DNA from: Octopus bimaculoides
Lineage: Eukaryota
NCBI RefSeq assembly: GCF_001194135.2
Contig: NC_068983.1
Span: 28,798,775-28,841,757 of the forward strand
DNA length: 42,983 nt
Reading direction: 5' to 3'
The translations under genes were made by a program, and so were the position numbers. Of this stretch, positions 41,011 through 42,983 are shown piece by piece (positions within the stretch are counted from its first letter, which is position 1; the number at the start of each line of letters is the position of its first letter). The notes under the pieces were generated by a model, which saw only the letters and a list, made by a program, of their open reading frames with translations, ran no database searches and was not told where the DNA came from.

Positions 41011-42910
41011 CAGAATTGTGAGAGATGATGAGTTATCAAATCATAATCTTTATTATAACTGACTATATTTTTACTCAGCAAAATAACCTATTTTAAGTAA
41101 GTGAGAATGGTTTTATATGGTTACTCAACATGCCAAAAATAGGTCAAATTACCCTCAACTAACATTCTGCAGTCTTATAAACAAAAGGACACATGGGACT
41201 AAATTAGCCATGGATGTACAATGTTACAAAAAGGGGCAAGAAGGATTATGAAGACCAACAACTGTCTGGATGAGAATTAGACAGAAATAATTATAGATTG
41301 TAGAACAAATAGAGGTGATCAGAAACTTCAGTAATAACTGGAAAATGGACACGAAACTCTTCATTCTTTAGTTTTTTTTCCTCATTTGATTAGTTTAACC
41401 AATATTTTATTCATCCTCTGATTAGCAACATTAAAAACCTGCAAATTGCACTAAATTTCTTTTACATCACAAGTGAATACCTTCAATTAGATGCAGTAAT
41501 AATTCTGTCATTACAGAGGAATTATTAATGCTGCAAAGAAATGTTCTCTTTGTATAAAGTCAATTTATTACATGTGTTAAAAGTGTGAAGCAACTGACAA
41601 CAAGAGAGAAAACTATAGCAATAGTGAAGCAACATCGAAGAGACTGAAGGCTGGAGATTGGCAGCTAGAGGAGAAAAATATTTGAGTGTGATTTCTTAGC
41701 TATTTAATTTAAAATTAGAAAGATAGAAATAACTATTCTCACATCTTAGATAGTGGAGATAAAAATATAATTGCTTTGTTATAAAACAGTATCGTTACAA
41801 ATTTGAGATAGATTCATTACAAATAAATGAGTAATTATGGGTCTTATTGGGCAGGTTGGTAATGTAGTACCATGAAAATTTCTATATGGTACTAGTAATG
41901 ATAGATTTAAATTTTAGGAGTTTGGTGGGCCTCTCAGACACAAAAAATATATAGCATAAATTATCAAATTATATATATAAATGTCCCTTCTTGGCATGTA
42001 ACTGGAATTAAGTTAAACCTCCATACAAAGGTTAAATGTAAAAAAAAAACTAACCCATTGTACATAAATGTACCATGGAAATAGTCAAAATTTATGAATG
42101 TTAATGTTATACACCATCACCATCATCATTTTAGCATCCACTTTTCTATGCACGCATGGGTCAGAAGGAGTTTATTCAAACAGATTTCTATGGTTAGATG
42201 CTCTTTCTGTCACCAACCCTTACTTGTTTCCAAGCAATATAATATTTGCCTATAATCAAACATATTTTTGTAGAATTTTGAAAATGAATAATATTGATTT
42301 ACAACAATCAATGTCAAGACAAGGAGACGAACACATATACGTACATTTAAACACACATACAGGCACTACAGAAGACACTTGCCCATGGTGTCATGTGATT
42401 GAAACTATGTAGTTGGGATGTTAAACATAAAAACTGACAAGTTAGCAGCAGGGCTACCATAGAGCTTGGAGCAAATGTACTAAAAGCTTAGGCTAAAATA
42501 TACCAAATCAAGTAAAATATGTAAAAAAAATTTTTAAATTCATCAGACCTGCCTCAAATTTTAATCACCCATGCTTCCTTAACAGGAAAATAAGTTTTGC
42601 ATTTTTATTTTGGTGCATTTTACACCCAAATAAACTTAATCAGTTGCTTGGTTCAACAACACTTCTTAGCCATTGGATGCCTTTAATGGAATACAATTAG
42701 CTGCAAATATCTGAAGCCAGGTCTCATCAGATAATAATCAAGAATATTAATTCAATCATTTTAGCAATCATGGAAGACGACTTTGGAAACGTTTCAGTTA
42801 TTTTAGACCACATTAGCAAAGTGCAGATTTCACTGTACTTGCTCAATTTATATATGTGGTGTTATGGGCTGTGGTGAGCTGTGTGTTGTGGTGGAGAGAG
42901 GTGAAGCCAG

Positions 42911-42983
42911 ACCGGAAGGGTCATACCGGAAGGGTCATACCGGAAGGGTCATACCGGAAGGGTCATACCGGAAGGGTCATACC
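42911..42983. repeat. 14-bp minisatellite (accggaagggtcat), at least 5.2 perfect copies, running off the window
   Basis: Directly visible perfect tandem repeat. Confidence 0.95.

Overview
AT-rich, repeat-dense eukaryotic genomic scaffold with seven N gaps. The SINE families, LINE remnants and dense (TA)n/(CA)n/(TAA)n microsatellites point to an octopod cephalopod (probably Octopus; inferred, not searched). Nearly all listed ORFs are artefacts of microsatellites, gaps or repeats. Supportable content: (i) the last three exons of an unidentified + strand gene (466-1061); (ii) a phase-consistent chain of minus-strand exons of an unidentified gene (about 12.3-17.6 kb, possibly extending to 20-34 kb); (iii) a CpG-retaining, promoter-like zone at about 25-33.7 kb with candidate short exons; (iv) a decayed mariner transposase, L1-Tx1, RTE and three CRE-clade LINE remnants, several hAT/Tc1/other MITEs and many tRNA-derived SINEs. 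The most notable structures are a four-layer nested insertion at 31.8-33.7 kb (CRE LINE < solo LTR < 9-bp-TSD MITE < 8-bp-TSD MITE carrying a perfect 40-bp telomere-repeat palindrome), a tRNA-headed SINE ending in a Penelope-type minimal hammerhead ribozyme, and SINE families with interchangeable 3' tails that match LINE 3' ends in the same window. No prokaryotic system, CRISPR array, rRNA or functional tRNA gene is supported.
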